NCBI GenBank assembly: GCA_963741955.1
Contig: CAVUKB010000010.1
Coordinates: forward strand, 448,001 to 512,000
From: an uncultured Acidobacteriota bacterium
Lineage (GTDB): Bacteria; Acidobacteriota; Thermoanaerobaculia; Gp7-AA8
Length of the DNA: 64,000 nt
Direction: 5' to 3'
Shown: piece after piece, positions 49,295-59,809 of the stretch
Numbering within the stretch: the first letter of the stretch is position 1
Layout: the number at the start of each line of letters is the position of its first letter
Notes under the pieces: model-generated
Database searches by the model: none
The model's input: only the letters and a program-made list of their open reading frames with translations
Told to the model about the DNA's origin: nothing
Made by a program: the position numbers and the translations under genes

Positions 49295-50785
49295 TCAGCT
49301 TACCGGGACGAAGCGGCCGCGCGCTTCGGTGCGGAGCGCTTCGATGTCCTCCCGTCTCGACTTCGACAGGGGGACCGTCGCGGCGATCTCCGCCAGCATC
49401 AGGTCGGTCGAGAGGTTCTGACTCTGCTGGATCGAGCGGTAGAGTGACGAGATCACGACCTGCTCGATCTCCGCTCCACTGAAGCCCGCCGTCGCCGCCG
49501 AGAGCCTGCCGAGATCGAACTGTGAGGGTGTCTGTCTGCGGAGCCGGAGGTGGATCCGGAGGATCTCTTCCCGCTCCGCCGGCTCGGGAAGATCGACGAA
49601 GAAGATCTCGTCGAAGCGTCCCTTCCGGAGCAGTTCGGGGGGGACGATCGAAAGATCGTTCGCGGCTCCCACTACGAAGACCCCGCTGCGCCGTTCCTGG
49701 AGCCAGCTGAGAAAGGTACCCAGCACGCGGCGGGAGAGGCCTCCGTCGGCCTCGGCGGATCCTCCCATCGCGAACGCTTTCTCGATCTCGTCGATCCAGA
49801 GAATGGCGGGAGACATCGACTCGGCGACGGTGATGGCGCGTCGGAGATTCTTTTCCGTCTCGCCGATGTACTTGTCGTAAAGACCTCCGGCGTCGAGCTT
49901 CAGGAGCGGCATCTTCCACTGGCTTGCGACGAACTTGGCGGCGAGGGACTTTCCGCAGCCCTGTACGCCCACGAGGAGGATTCCCCGGGGTGGCGGGAGA
50001 TTCAGCTCGCGCGCGCGGGGGGAGAAGCCCACTCTGGCTCGGTCGAGCCATTCCTTCAGACGGGCGAATCCACCGATCTCGAAAGCGTCGTGGTCGGCAG
50101 GACGGAATTCGAGGACTCCCCCTTCGCTGATGATCTCCGCCTTCCGTCGCAGGACTCCGTCGATGTCACGGGAATCGAGGCAGCCGTCCTCGATAGCGGC
50201 GTACGCGAGAGTCTGGCGTGCCTGCGCGAGGGTCAGGCCGGCGAGCGCCCGGGTGAGCTGCTCGACGTCCTCGCCGGTCAGTTCGACCCGGATGCGCGCG
50301 CGGCTTCTCAGAGTACGCACGACGCCATCGAGAACGCGTCTGAGCTCGGCCGGAGTGGGAAGCTGCCAGGCGAGATTGACCGCCATCGAGCGGATCTCCT
50401 CCGGAAGATCGAGCGAGGTTCCCGACAGGATCAAGGTCGACCGCGTGCCGGCGAAGCGCTGAGCCGTTTCCCGCAGTGACCGGCGGACGGAGGGGGTCTC
50501 GAGGAAAGGGGCGAAGTCCTTCAGGTGGACGATCGATTCGACTGAAAGGCCGTCTACGTGCTGGAGTGCGCCTAGAGGTTCCACCGTTCCGAAGAAAGCG
50601 GCGGTGCCGGGAACGCGTACCAGACCCTGGGTTGCCGACCAGTCGAAGAGGATCATCCGGAGCTGAGTGGCGATGTTCCGGAGGAGTGCACCAAGCCGCT
50701 CTTCCTCGGCGGTCTCGATCGTGACGATCGGATGATACGAGAGGATCAGTGCCTCGAGCTCGTGATCGATCGCAGCCGGCTGCAT
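49295..50785 (-). CDS. AAA+ ATPase (Ycf46-like)
   Basis: GVQGCGKS, WIDEIEK, PPELLRKGRFDEIFFVDLP, GFSGAEIE. Confidence 0.93.
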   Translation of the reverse strand: MQPAAIDHELEALILSYHPIVTIETAEEERLGALLRNIATQLRMILFDWSATQGLVRVPGTAAFFGTVEPLGALQHVDGLSVESIVHLKDFAPFLETPSVRRSLRETAQRFAGTRSTLILSGTSLDLPEEIRSMAVNLAWQLPTPAELRRVLDGVVRTLRSRARIRVELTGEDVEQLTRALAGLTLAQARQTLAYAAIEDGCLDSRDIDGVLRRKAEIISEGGVLEFRPADHDAFEIGGFARLKEWLDRARVGFSPRARELNLPPPRGILLVGVQGCGKSLAAKFVASQWKMPLLKLDAGGLYDKYIGETEKNLRRAITVAESMSPAILWIDEIEKAFAMGGSAEADGGLSRRVLGTFLSWLQERRSGVFVVGAANDLSIVPPELLRKGRFDEIFFVDLPEPAEREEILRIHLRLRRQTPSQFDLGRLSAATAGFSGAEIEQVVISSLYRSIQQSQNLSTDLMLAEIAATVPLSKSRREDIEALRTEARGRFVPVS

Positions 50786-50947
50786 GGGCAGTGTCGAGAG
50801 CGTATCACAACGGCCGGAGGGAAGCCGTGCGATACCGGGCCCTTGCGTTTAGCTCGCGCCGTATTACGATAGTCGGCAGCTGAAGAGCGCCCGAGGGGCG
50901 ACTTTGCGAGCCCGCCGCCCGGATCTCGCCTGCTACCGGAGTCGCGA

Positions 50948-51688
50948 GTGGCAAAATACGCAACCAAGAGGAAAGTGGAGAGGATTCCGCTCACGCTGCC
51001 GATTCTCGGTCGCGCCGGGAATCTGGATGTCGTCATACTCGACATCAGCCTCAACGGCTGTCTCCTCGAGCACAACGCGCCCCTCCGCGTGGGAAGTGAG
51101 CTCGTGCTCGGTTTCGAGTGGAACGGCCGCGAGGTCACGTTCCGGACGACGGTGGTGCGCTGCAGTCTCGGGGCTTACGGAACCACGGACGATTCAATGA
51201 CCGTCTACCACTCGGGGTTGCTTTTCCTCGAAGGGATCGACGGATCTTCCGTGGTCCTGCGGCAGGTGATCGCATCGCAGGTCACCAAGGCGCTGGAAGA
51301 GCAGAAGGCGAACGCGCGGGGCGAGCTACCATCGTTTCTCCAGATCATCGCTGATCTGACCCTCGAGGGGATCCAGCCGATGACGCCGGAGCTGAGGGAC
51401 GAGTACGAACGACGCACTTCCGTTCGCTACTATCAGCTCGCCCGGGGACGCGGGTACGTCAACTATTCGTTCGACGGGAACCGATGGAAGCGGGTCCGGA
51501 CGAAGAAACCGGAACAGCCGGACGAAGGGTTCACCATCTGGGCGTTCGAGGACAGCGGCGAGGTGGAGCGGCTTCAGCGTGCTTACGAGCGCGGTGATGA
51601 CGTCCTGAAGAAGCTGATCCGGATCTGTGCGGAGCTGAGTCTCGCGCCGGCAGACGACGAGATGCCACCACAACGGTTCGAGCCGTGA
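50948..51688 (+). CDS. PilZ-domain protein
   Basis: RKVER (RxxxR) and DISLNG (DxSxxG). Confidence 0.85.
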   Translation: MAKYATKRKVERIPLTLPILGRAGNLDVVILDISLNGCLLEHNAPLRVGSELVLGFEWNGREVTFRTTVVRCSLGAYGTTDDSMTVYHSGLLFLEGIDGSSVVLRQVIASQVTKALEEQKANARGELPSFLQIIADLTLEGIQPMTPELRDEYERRTSVRYYQLARGRGYVNYSFDGNRWKRVRTKKPEQPDEGFTIWAFEDSGEVERLQRAYERGDDVLKKLIRICAELSLAPADDEMPPQRFEP

Positions 51689-51785
51689 ATCGCTCCGCGA
51701 AGTCGTGAAATAATCCGGCCCACGTTCCGGGGCGTGAATCCACGCTGCAGGACGGACGCGAAAACAAGGACAGGAGCAAAGCCGG

Positions 51786-52523
51786 ATGAAGTCGTACCGA
51801 ATCGCCACAGTCGCCGTCGTCGTGTTGCTCGCATTCCCGCTGTCGTCCATGGGTGCGGACGAAGAAAAACCGAAGCCGCTCTGGTCGGGAACCGCGGAGC
51901 TCTCGTATGTTTCGACCTCGGGAAATACGAAGACGCAGACGGTCGGAACCGCGACCGGGGTTCACTATCGCCCGGGAGCCTGGGACACTCAGCTCGAGGC
52001 TTCGTTCGTTCGGAGCGAATCCGACGGCGAGGAGAAAGCGCGAACGCTCACCGCGATGCTCGGAGCGGCTCGGACGATTCACAACCGGCTCCGCGGGTTC
52101 GGAGAGATCGACTACCTGAAGAACCGCTTCGCCGGCATTAACCAACGGATCTCCGAAGACGTCGGAGTGGCTTATCAGGTCGTCTCGACGGACTCGAACG
52201 ACCTGAGCATCAACGCCGGAATCGGACATACCCGGGAGGATCGCATCGAAGGAGAGGATCAGTCTTATGCGAACGGGAGGGGGGGGCTGAAGTACGCGTG
52301 GAAGTTTTCCGCGACGGCATCGCTCTCCGAAGACGCACTCTTCACGCAGAGCTTCAGCGACTCGAGGAACTGGCGGGTGGAGAACGCCCTCTCGCTCTCT
52401 GCGAAGGTCAACTCGTTTCTGTCGCTCAAGGTCTCTCACATCTTGAACTACGTGAACGCACCGGTTCCCGGATTCGGACGCACCGACACCACCACCGCCG
52501 CAGCTCTGGTGGCGAAGTTCTGA
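51786..52523 (+). CDS. DUF481 (YdiY-like) outer membrane beta-barrel
   Basis: Signal peptide, WSGTAELSY..TSGNT, C-terminal F. Confidence 0.88.
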   Translation: MKSYRIATVAVVVLLAFPLSSMGADEEKPKPLWSGTAELSYVSTSGNTKTQTVGTATGVHYRPGAWDTQLEASFVRSESDGEEKARTLTAMLGAARTIHNRLRGFGEIDYLKNRFAGINQRISEDVGVAYQVVSTDSNDLSINAGIGHTREDRIEGEDQSYANGRGGLKYAWKFSATASLSEDALFTQSFSDSRNWRVENALSLSAKVNSFLSLKVSHILNYVNAPVPGFGRTDTTTAAALVAKF

Positions 52524-52543
52524 CCTGCGCGACCCATAATGTC

Positions 52544-53467
52544 TTGAAGACCACCATCCCATTGTCGGCAGTCACTGCGATCGCGATTCTCTCGACGCAT
52601 CTGCTCGCGGCCGCAGTGCCACCGCCGCGACTGGAGATCGAAGCGCCTCCCTCTCTCGAGGGCGACGCACGACGGGCGTCGCAGATCAGCGCGGCGCGAC
52701 TCGAACTACTGACCTCGATCATCGGGTTGGAGGAGCCGGGCCCGCCGATCGTGGTGGTGCTCGCCCCGGAAACAACGCCGCTCGCCCATTCGACTCCGCC
52801 GTGGATCTCGGGGTTCGCAGTTCCGGATCAGAATGTGGTGGTGCTCTTCCCGGCGCGGGCGCACTCGTATCCCGACGACGGGTTCGAGGAACTGCTGCTG
52901 CATGAGATCACCCACGTGCTGGTGTACCGGGCCGCGGGTGGACGGGATCTCCCGCGATGGTTCCAGGAGGGGGTGGCGACGACCACAGGGCGGTCGTGGC
53001 AGCTCGAAGACCGCACGCGCTTTGCCATCGAGACCCTGGCGACGGGTGACGTGTCGCTGGCGACGATCAGCTCGATGTTCGAACGTCCGCCGCCGCAGAT
53101 CACCCGCGCCTATGCGTTCGCCGGTGCCTTCGTTCACGACCTCTTCGTCACGCGTGGAGCAGAATCGATCCGGAAGATCCTGTCGGGTGTGCGGGAGGGC
53201 GAAGATTTCCCCGTTGCGTTCCGGCAGGCGACATCGATGACCCTCGCAGACGCCGAGGCCGATTTCTGGAAACGTCATCGGAGGACGCGTTGGATCCTGA
53301 TGCTCACGAGCTCCATGGTGCTCTGGATCGTGATCACTCTTCTCGCGTTGGTGGCGATGACGGTCGCCCGAATCCGGCGGGCACGACAGCCGGACCTCGA
53401 GCTGGTCGAGATGCCTCGAGAGAGTGGGCCTCCCGAAGAGCCGGAAGATGACGAACCGGTGAACTGA
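52544..53467 (+). CDS. Peptidase MA-like zinc metalloprotease, membrane anchored
   Basis: HEITH...PRWFQEG, C-terminal TM; TTG start assumed. Confidence 0.82.
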   Translation: MKTTIPLSAVTAIAILSTHLLAAAVPPPRLEIEAPPSLEGDARRASQISAARLELLTSIIGLEEPGPPIVVVLAPETTPLAHSTPPWISGFAVPDQNVVVLFPARAHSYPDDGFEELLLHEITHVLVYRAAGGRDLPRWFQEGVATTTGRSWQLEDRTRFAIETLATGDVSLATISSMFERPPPQITRAYAFAGAFVHDLFVTRGAESIRKILSGVREGEDFPVAFRQATSMTLADAEADFWKRHRRTRWILMLTSSMVLWIVITLLALVAMTVARIRRARQPDLELVEMPRESGPPEEPEDDEPVN

Positions 53468-53540
53468 GATCGTTTCTGCGGAGCGGTATCGTACGCGGGA
53501 CCCGAGACGCGGAGAGGGCGCGCGAGAATGCGTACGCGGT

Positions 53541-54398
53541 GTGGTCGCGTTCTCGAATCTCGTGAGCGCGTCCACGATTTTCAGCGGGGAAACGAACCTG
53601 GCGCGACTCCGGGCGATCGTCGGGAAGTGCCGTCGTCTTCTCGTTCTGACGGGCGCCGGATGCAGCACGGAATCCGGAATTCCGGACTATCGCGATGCGG
53701 ACGGGAAGTGGAAGAAGCGCCGCCCGGTCTACTTTCAGGAGTTCATCCGGAGCCACGAAATTCGCCAGTACTACTGGGCCCGGAGCTTCCGCGGATGGCC
53801 GGAATTCTCGTGCTCCCGGCCCAACTCCGCCCACGCCGCCATCGCCGCGCTCGAGACGCAGGGGATCATCGGCGGCGTCATCACCCAGAACGTCGACCGT
53901 CTTCACCAGAAAGCGGGAAGCCGGAGGGTCATCGATCTGCACGGGCGGCTCGATCGGGTGCTCTGCCTCGACTGCGGTGCGCGAAGCGAGCGAGACGCCT
54001 TGCAGAAGAGATTGGAAGCGATGAACTCCCATTTCCAGGCGAGTGCGCGATGGGTGGCGCCGGACGGAGACGCGGAGCTTTCCCGTGACGAAGCGGCGGA
54101 GTTCCAGGTCGCGGAATGTACCGAGTGCGGCGGAATGCTCAAGCCGGATGTGGTTTTCTTCGGGGAGAACGTGCCGCTCTCTCGCGTGGAGGAATCGATC
54201 GCGCTGGTCGAGGCTGCCGATGCGCTTCTGGTTGCGGGATCATCGCTGATGGTCTGGTCGGGCTACCGCTTCGTCCGTGCAGCTGCAGCGCGCGGACTGC
54301 CGATCGCGATCGTGAACCGCGGGCTGACGCGCGCAGACGCGCTCGCGACGGTGAAAGTCTCCGAGGGGTGCGGATCGGTTCTGAGCGCGCTGATTTGA
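53541..54398 (+). CDS. cobB: NAD-dependent deacylase (sirtuin, class II-like)
   Basis: GAGCSTESGIPDYR, TQNVDRLH, LHG, KPDVVFFGE. Confidence 0.93.
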   Translation: MVAFSNLVSASTIFSGETNLARLRAIVGKCRRLLVLTGAGCSTESGIPDYRDADGKWKKRRPVYFQEFIRSHEIRQYYWARSFRGWPEFSCSRPNSAHAAIAALETQGIIGGVITQNVDRLHQKAGSRRVIDLHGRLDRVLCLDCGARSERDALQKRLEAMNSHFQASARWVAPDGDAELSRDEAAEFQVAECTECGGMLKPDVVFFGENVPLSRVEESIALVEAADALLVAGSSLMVWSGYRFVRAAAARGLPIAIVNRGLTRADALATVKVSEGCGSVLSALI

Positions 54399-54425
54399 CC
54401 GGGAGCGGTGGCACGGGGAGTGCGG

Positions 54426-55394
54426 TCACGACGCGCTTTCTGACCGGCTCCACATTTCGATCCGCCCTTTCCCGTTCCGCTTCGCCTGATACATGGCGGC
54501 GTCGGCGCGGCGGATCGCGTCGTCGGCGTCCGATGGTGGCTCGTGAAAACATGCGAGGCCGATACTGACGTCAAGCGCCGCGTCGGGCCAGGCCGATGCC
54601 GCGCGCCGAACCTGTTCCGCGATGCGCCCGGCGATCGCGACGAATCCGGCGGTATCGATCTCGTTCAGAACGATCGCAAATTCGTCTCCGGCGAGACGTG
54701 AAGCGACGTCGGTCGGACGGACCGACTCGCGGATCGCACGGGCAATGATCCGGAGAGCGTCGTCTCCGGCGAAATGACCGTAGCGGTCGTTCACCTGTTT
54801 GAAGTTGTCGACGTCGAGATAGGCGACGCAGAGTGCCGTCGAGGTGCGCCGGGATTCTTCGATCCGCCGCGTGAGATCTTCGTAGAACGCGCGAGAGTTC
54901 GGCAGCCCGGTGAGCGTGTCCGTTCGCGAAAGCTCCGTTTCGTGGCGGAGCAGCTCGTTGAGCCGGAGATTCATCCGGGCGAGGCCGTCGCGGTCACGAC
55001 GGGCCAGGAGGACGAGCTGCCCGATCGCGACGAAAATGACCAGCCGCGTGAATCCGTTCCAGTAGGAGAGGGAAGCGAGCTCCACGTGTCTCCACGCGAT
55101 GTCTGCGGCGAACCAGGCGATCCCGGAAGCGATCGACGTCACGGTCCCGGGAACTTCTCCGACGAACCAGCACGCTGCGACGATCGGAACGAGGTAGGCG
55201 AGAGACATGGCGAGATCGGGACCGGTGACGTAGTCGAACCAGCCGATCCCTCCGGTAACCAGGATCAGCGCGGTCGACATGAGGATCTGAGCGAGAGACC
55301 CTCGCAACACGATCTGCTTCGCGATCGCGCCTCCAGGAGTCCCGTCGCGATCAGAGTCCCCGAGATCCGACGATCGCCTCCGCGGCGAGCTCAT
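54426..55394 (-). CDS. Membrane GGDEF-domain protein
   Basis: TDTLTGLPN, DVDNFKQVNDRYGH, RLAGDEF; ATGA overlap with the upstream peptidase. Confidence 0.9.
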   Translation of the reverse strand: MSSPRRRSSDLGDSDRDGTPGGAIAKQIVLRGSLAQILMSTALILVTGGIGWFDYVTGPDLAMSLAYLVPIVAACWFVGEVPGTVTSIASGIAWFAADIAWRHVELASLSYWNGFTRLVIFVAIGQLVLLARRDRDGLARMNLRLNELLRHETELSRTDTLTGLPNSRAFYEDLTRRIEESRRTSTALCVAYLDVDNFKQVNDRYGHFAGDDALRIIARAIRESVRPTDVASRLAGDEFAIVLNEIDTAGFVAIAGRIAEQVRRAASAWPDAALDVSIGLACFHEPPSDADDAIRRADAAMYQAKRNGKGRIEMWSRSESAS

Positions 55395-56725
55395 TGCCGC
55401 GGCTCGGGAGGCTGCTGATCGGAAGGCGTGGTCGAGCCCCGGGGCGCCTGTTCCGAATCTTCGAGATGTTCCGCCTTCCATCGCATGGCCATCAGAATCC
55501 GGTTCCGGCCGCTCGGGTGATCGAAGAAGAGGGTCTCCTCGACCGGTCCCGGAGCGAGCTTTCGATATTCGCCGAGCTTCAGGGAGATCGTGGCGAACCC
55601 GTCCGGCTGCCGGGCGAGATTCAGGCCGAACGCATCGGCCTCGATCTCCTGAACCCGGATGATTCCGTTGGTGACGGGAGTGAAGACGAACATCACCGCG
55701 GAGAGGAGGAGAGCGAGCAGCGGAAGTCCGGCGGGATCCGCGACCCCTTCGATCCTCCACCGGTCCCCCTTCCGCCGGAGAATCGCCTCCATTCCGTACT
55801 TCAGGATCGCGAAGGCGACCAGCACGACGATGCCGAAGAAGACGAGCATCTTGTAGACGTGGTTCAGGACGTAGTGGCCCATCTCGTGGGCCATGACCGC
55901 TTCGATCTCGGGGAGCGTCGCACGGCGTAGAAGGTTGTCGTTCAACGTGATCCGCTGTGTGCCGAAAAGGCCGCTGACGTTTGCGCTGATCCGTTTCGAC
56001 TGACGCGAGGCATCGACGACCCAGACGTCTTTCGCATCGATGCCGTTCGAGCGCGCCATCTGGAGAATGGGACCGCGGACACGCGGATCCTCGAGTTTCG
56101 TGTACTTGTTGAACAACGGCGCGATGTAAACCGGTCCGATCGCAGCGCCGAAGGTGATGAATGCGATCACCGTCACTGCACCCCAGAGCCACCATCGGCG
56201 GGGAGAGCGCCGGATCACGGCGTAGAGCGCAGCGATCAGGAGCGAACCGAAGATCGCACCGACCAGTAGCGACTTGAGCTCGTCGCCTCCCCACGCCCCG
56301 AAGGTCTGGTTGGACAACCCGTACTGGTGCTCTCGGAAGTAGCCGGAGTAGATGGAGAGAGGAAACATGAGAATCGTGGTGACGAGGAGAAATTGCAGCC
56401 AGTAGAAGACGGATTGAAGGGTCTTTCGCCGCGTGATCCGGGTCGCGACATCGCGCAGTCGCGCAGAGAGACCGGTCATGAGAAGGACGAGGTAGACCGC
56501 CGCGCCGTAAAGAAAGCTCCAGAGTTGCAGCCACTCGCCGCCCTCGAAATACGCATCGGAGCGCGCCCTCTCGGCGGGAGTGAGCGACGCGAGATAGGCG
56601 TCCGTGGCGTGGACCGCGTCGAATTTCGGAGTGCTGGCCGGCGGCTGTGCGGCCGTTGCTCCCGTCGCGATCAGGGTGAGGAGCAGCCACAGTCCCAGCA
56701 CCAGAGTCGTCGTCGATCTCGGCAT
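55391..56725 (-). CDS. M48 family (Ste24-like) membrane metallopeptidase
   Basis: AHEMGH, EIEAD, DHPS, multiple TM segments. Confidence 0.93.
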   Translation of the reverse strand: MPRSTTTLVLGLWLLLTLIATGATAAQPPASTPKFDAVHATDAYLASLTPAERARSDAYFEGGEWLQLWSFLYGAAVYLVLLMTGLSARLRDVATRITRRKTLQSVFYWLQFLLVTTILMFPLSIYSGYFREHQYGLSNQTFGAWGGDELKSLLVGAIFGSLLIAALYAVIRRSPRRWWLWGAVTVIAFITFGAAIGPVYIAPLFNKYTKLEDPRVRGPILQMARSNGIDAKDVWVVDASRQSKRISANVSGLFGTQRITLNDNLLRRATLPEIEAVMAHEMGHYVLNHVYKMLVFFGIVVLVAFAILKYGMEAILRRKGDRWRIEGVADPAGLPLLALLLSAVMFVFTPVTNGIIRVQEIEADAFGLNLARQPDGFATISLKLGEYRKLAPGPVEETLFFDHPSGRNRILMAMRWKAEHLEDSEQAPRGSTTPSDQQPPEPRQ

Positions 56726-56890
56726 GCGGACCTCCTGAATGTCGTGCCGATCATACCGCGACTGCGAGCCGTCCGGTCTCCCCGGTCGTGGTTACCACCG
56801 TCACCGGATCGGATGCATAATTGTTCTGAATCCCGGTTCTCGGCACCCGATCGGACCAGCCATGCACCACGGCAATCGCAGGGGGAATTC

Positions 56891-57454
56891 ATGAATCAGC
56901 AGGTGAAGGTGAAAGCGGTACCGGTCAATGGTCTCGTGGAGTTCGTCGAGCGGGAGCTGACGCCCCAGCAGATTCAGTCCGTGCTGGCGAAGATGCCGCC
57001 CGAAGAGGGACGCTACTTCACCGGACATCTGCTCGCGCACGAACAGGTCCCGCTCGCGGCCGTGAATCGATACACCAGGCTCGCGGCTCAGGAGCGGGGC
57101 GAAGCGGTGACGACGTTCGCCGAGCGCGCGGGAAGATTCGGTGCGAAGCAGGGTCTGAAGACCGTCTACAAGTTCATCCTGCTGATGATCTCTCCTGAAG
57201 CCGCGCTGAAGAAGGCTCCACTGATGTGGAGCCGGGTCTACGACAGTGGCGAGATGAGCGTGGAGTCGGAGCAGGGGCACGCATTCATCCACATCAGGAA
57301 CTTCGCTCCCGACGAAGCGGGATGCGGTCGCATCACCGGATGGTTCGAGACGATCGGCGAGGCCACCGGTGCGAAGTCGATGACCGTCTCGCACGCGAAG
57401 TGCGCGGCCCACGGCGCATCCGAATGCGTCTGGGAATTCACCTGGAAGCCGTGA
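56891..57454 (+). CDS. Hypothetical protein, V4R/HNOB-like fold (DUF2378-like)
   Basis: C...GW...HAKCAAHGASECVWEFTW C-terminus. Confidence 0.7.
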   Translation: MNQQVKVKAVPVNGLVEFVERELTPQQIQSVLAKMPPEEGRYFTGHLLAHEQVPLAAVNRYTRLAAQERGEAVTTFAERAGRFGAKQGLKTVYKFILLMISPEAALKKAPLMWSRVYDSGEMSVESEQGHAFIHIRNFAPDEAGCGRITGWFETIGEATGAKSMTVSHAKCAAHGASECVWEFTWKP

Positions 57455-57605
57455 TTCGTCACGGTCTGCGCGGCGACGCTCCCGTTACTGCCGACGGAGC
57501 GCCGCGGCTCACGCCGCGGCCGGCGGCGGAAGCCGTGCCGCACCAGTTGCGAAATTCCGAGTCAACGGATCTGCCTTCGCTGCTCCACGTACGTGACGGA
57601 GATTC

Positions 57606-59120
57606 TTACTGCGGAGGCGCGGGCGCGCCATGCTCCTTCCGCAATCTGCTGTGACGGAAGCCGTAGAATACGTAGACCACCATTCCCACCGCGAGCCAGA
57701 GGACGAAGCGGAACCAGGAGCTCGGCGGCAGATACCAGATCAGCCCCATGCAGGAGAGAACCCCGAGGATCGGGACGAGAAGCGGCCCTCCGGGAACACG
57801 GAACGGCCTTCTCCGGTCCGGATCCTTGAAACGCAGCACCGCGATTCCGATGCAGACCAGGATGAACGCGAAGAGCGTCCCGATATTCGTGAGGTCGACC
57901 ATTTCGTCGAGTGAGGTGAAGGATGCAGTCACGCCGACGGCGACGCCGGTCACGATGGTACTGACGTGCGGCGTTCCGAACTTCGGATGAACTTTGGCGA
58001 AGACCTTCGGCAGGAGTCCGTCACGGGACATGGCGAAGAAGATCCGCGGCTGACCGAGCTGGAACACCAGAAGAACCGCGGTGTGCGCGATCACCGAGCC
58101 GAGAGCGACGATCCCCACCATCCAGTTCGGCATTTCGACGAACTTCATCGCGAGCGTGAGTGGCTCTGCCTGCTGGTTGCCGAGGGTGTGTTTCAGGGCC
58201 GGGAAGGGAATCATCCCGGTGAAGACGGCTGCGACGACGATGTAGATCACGGTACAGATGATCAGCGATCCGATGATTCCGATCGGCATGTCGCGTTGAG
58301 GGTTCTTCGCCTCTTCCGCGGTCGTCGAGATCGCGTCGAAGCCGATGTAGGCGAAGAAGACGATCGCCGCGCCGGCCGCGACCCCGGTGAATCCGTTGGG
58401 AGCGAAGGGAGTCCAGTTCGCCGGCTTTACGAACTTGAAGCTGACGAACACGAAGAAGCCGAGAACCATCAGCTTCAGGACGACCATGATCAGGTTGAAG
58501 CGTGCCGACTCGCGGATCCCCCAGACCAGGATGATGGTGATGAACGCCACGATGGCGATGGCGAGAATGTTGAAAACGATCGGGACGCCGAAGACGTGAG
58601 GCGCCGAGGCGATCAGCTCGGGCATCTTCAGCGCGGCGGTGTGGTAGTCGATCGTCAGCCAGCGCGGGATGTGGATCCCGAGTCCTTCGAGGAGGGTGTT
58701 GAAGTAGTTGGCCCAGGAGATGGCGACCGCCACGTTGCCGATCGCGTATTCGAGAATGAGATCCCAGCCGATGATCCAGGCGATCAGCTCGCCCAGGGTG
58801 GCGTACGAGTACGTGTAGGCGGAACCGGCGACCGGAACCATCGACGCGAACTCGGCATAGCAGAGGGCCGTGAATCCGCAGACGATGGCAGTGATGACGA
58901 ACGAGACCATCAAAGCCGGACCCGCACCGGGACGGAGATGGTCGCCGGCGGCGGCCGTACCGATGGTGGCGAAGATTCCGGCGCCGATGATCGCGCCGAT
59001 CCCGAGGGCGATCAGATTCACCGGCCCGAGGGCCTTCTTCAGTTCGTGGCCCTTCTCGTGGGTTTCGGCGACCATTTCGTCGAGCGATTTGGTCTTGAAG
59101 AGTTGCGAGAGAAAGGACAT
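57606..59120 (-). CDS. APC-family amino acid permease
   Basis: GIGAIIGAGIF, GSAYTYSY, FFAYIGFD, AEEAKNP. Confidence 0.95.
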   Translation of the reverse strand: MSFLSQLFKTKSLDEMVAETHEKGHELKKALGPVNLIALGIGAIIGAGIFATIGTAAAGDHLRPGAGPALMVSFVITAIVCGFTALCYAEFASMVPVAGSAYTYSYATLGELIAWIIGWDLILEYAIGNVAVAISWANYFNTLLEGLGIHIPRWLTIDYHTAALKMPELIASAPHVFGVPIVFNILAIAIVAFITIILVWGIRESARFNLIMVVLKLMVLGFFVFVSFKFVKPANWTPFAPNGFTGVAAGAAIVFFAYIGFDAISTTAEEAKNPQRDMPIGIIGSLIICTVIYIVVAAVFTGMIPFPALKHTLGNQQAEPLTLAMKFVEMPNWMVGIVALGSVIAHTAVLLVFQLGQPRIFFAMSRDGLLPKVFAKVHPKFGTPHVSTIVTGVAVGVTASFTSLDEMVDLTNIGTLFAFILVCIGIAVLRFKDPDRRRPFRVPGGPLLVPILGVLSCMGLIWYLPPSSWFRFVLWLAVGMVVYVFYGFRHSRLRKEHGAPAPPQ

Positions 59121-59262
59121 TCGTTCTCCTCGTTCTTCAGTCGAACCGCCCGAAGTGCTCAGCCGCTGTTCCGGACTTTCGGACGAGTCCGGCGAGCCTA
59201 TCGTAAAATCGCGCCGGCTGCATCCCCCGCGCGCAGATCCGGCCACGAAGGAGGACCCGAAG

Positions 59263-59544
59263 ATGATACCGAAAGCTCCATTGAAACAGCGAGCGGCGGA
59301 CGTCGCGACCGAGCTGCTCGCGTTCGCCGGCGAGCACCCGGAGGGAGATGCGAACGGCGAGGGAGGGATTCCGTTGCGAAACATTCCATTCGCGCTTCGA
59401 GGGCGTTTCATCGACGTCCGCTCGGCGCTCTTCGAGCGCGGAGTGTACGACCCGATCCTCGCGCGCTTCGACAGCTTCACGGTCCAGCAGGCGTCGACGA
59501 AGAGGGTCGCGGAAGCACTCCGCAATGTTGGGGCGACTCTGTAG
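59263..59544 (+). CDS. Small hypothetical protein (93 aa)
   Basis: AAGGAGG RBS before ATG, helical protein-like sequence, divergent from the permease. Confidence 0.65.
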   Translation: MIPKAPLKQRAADVATELLAFAGEHPEGDANGEGGIPLRNIPFALRGRFIDVRSALFERGVYDPILARFDSFTVQQASTKRVAEALRNVGATL

Positions 59545-59809
59545 CGCGGATCTCTCACGCCGTTTCTGCGCGGAGGCGGATCGCACTCTCTGCTGTTGTC
59601 GTTGCATCAGGACGACTCATCACGTCTTCGCGACGGAGGTGAGTCCGGCCAGGAGGAATGGACGTGTCGGGTTCACATGACGGCGCTCGGAGACGTTGGT
59701 GCTTACGGAAAGGGCCACACGCTCTCTCGGGCTCACGCTCTCTGAGAACGGAACCCCGAGGCTCTCGGATCGGCGCAGCCGTCGATTCCCGCCACCGGCA
59801 CGCCCGATC

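Noticed and set aside
53541-54398. Sir2-type anti-phage defence protein
   Set aside because: Canonical Zn-binding sirtuin deacylase motifs, housekeeping context, no defence partner genes.
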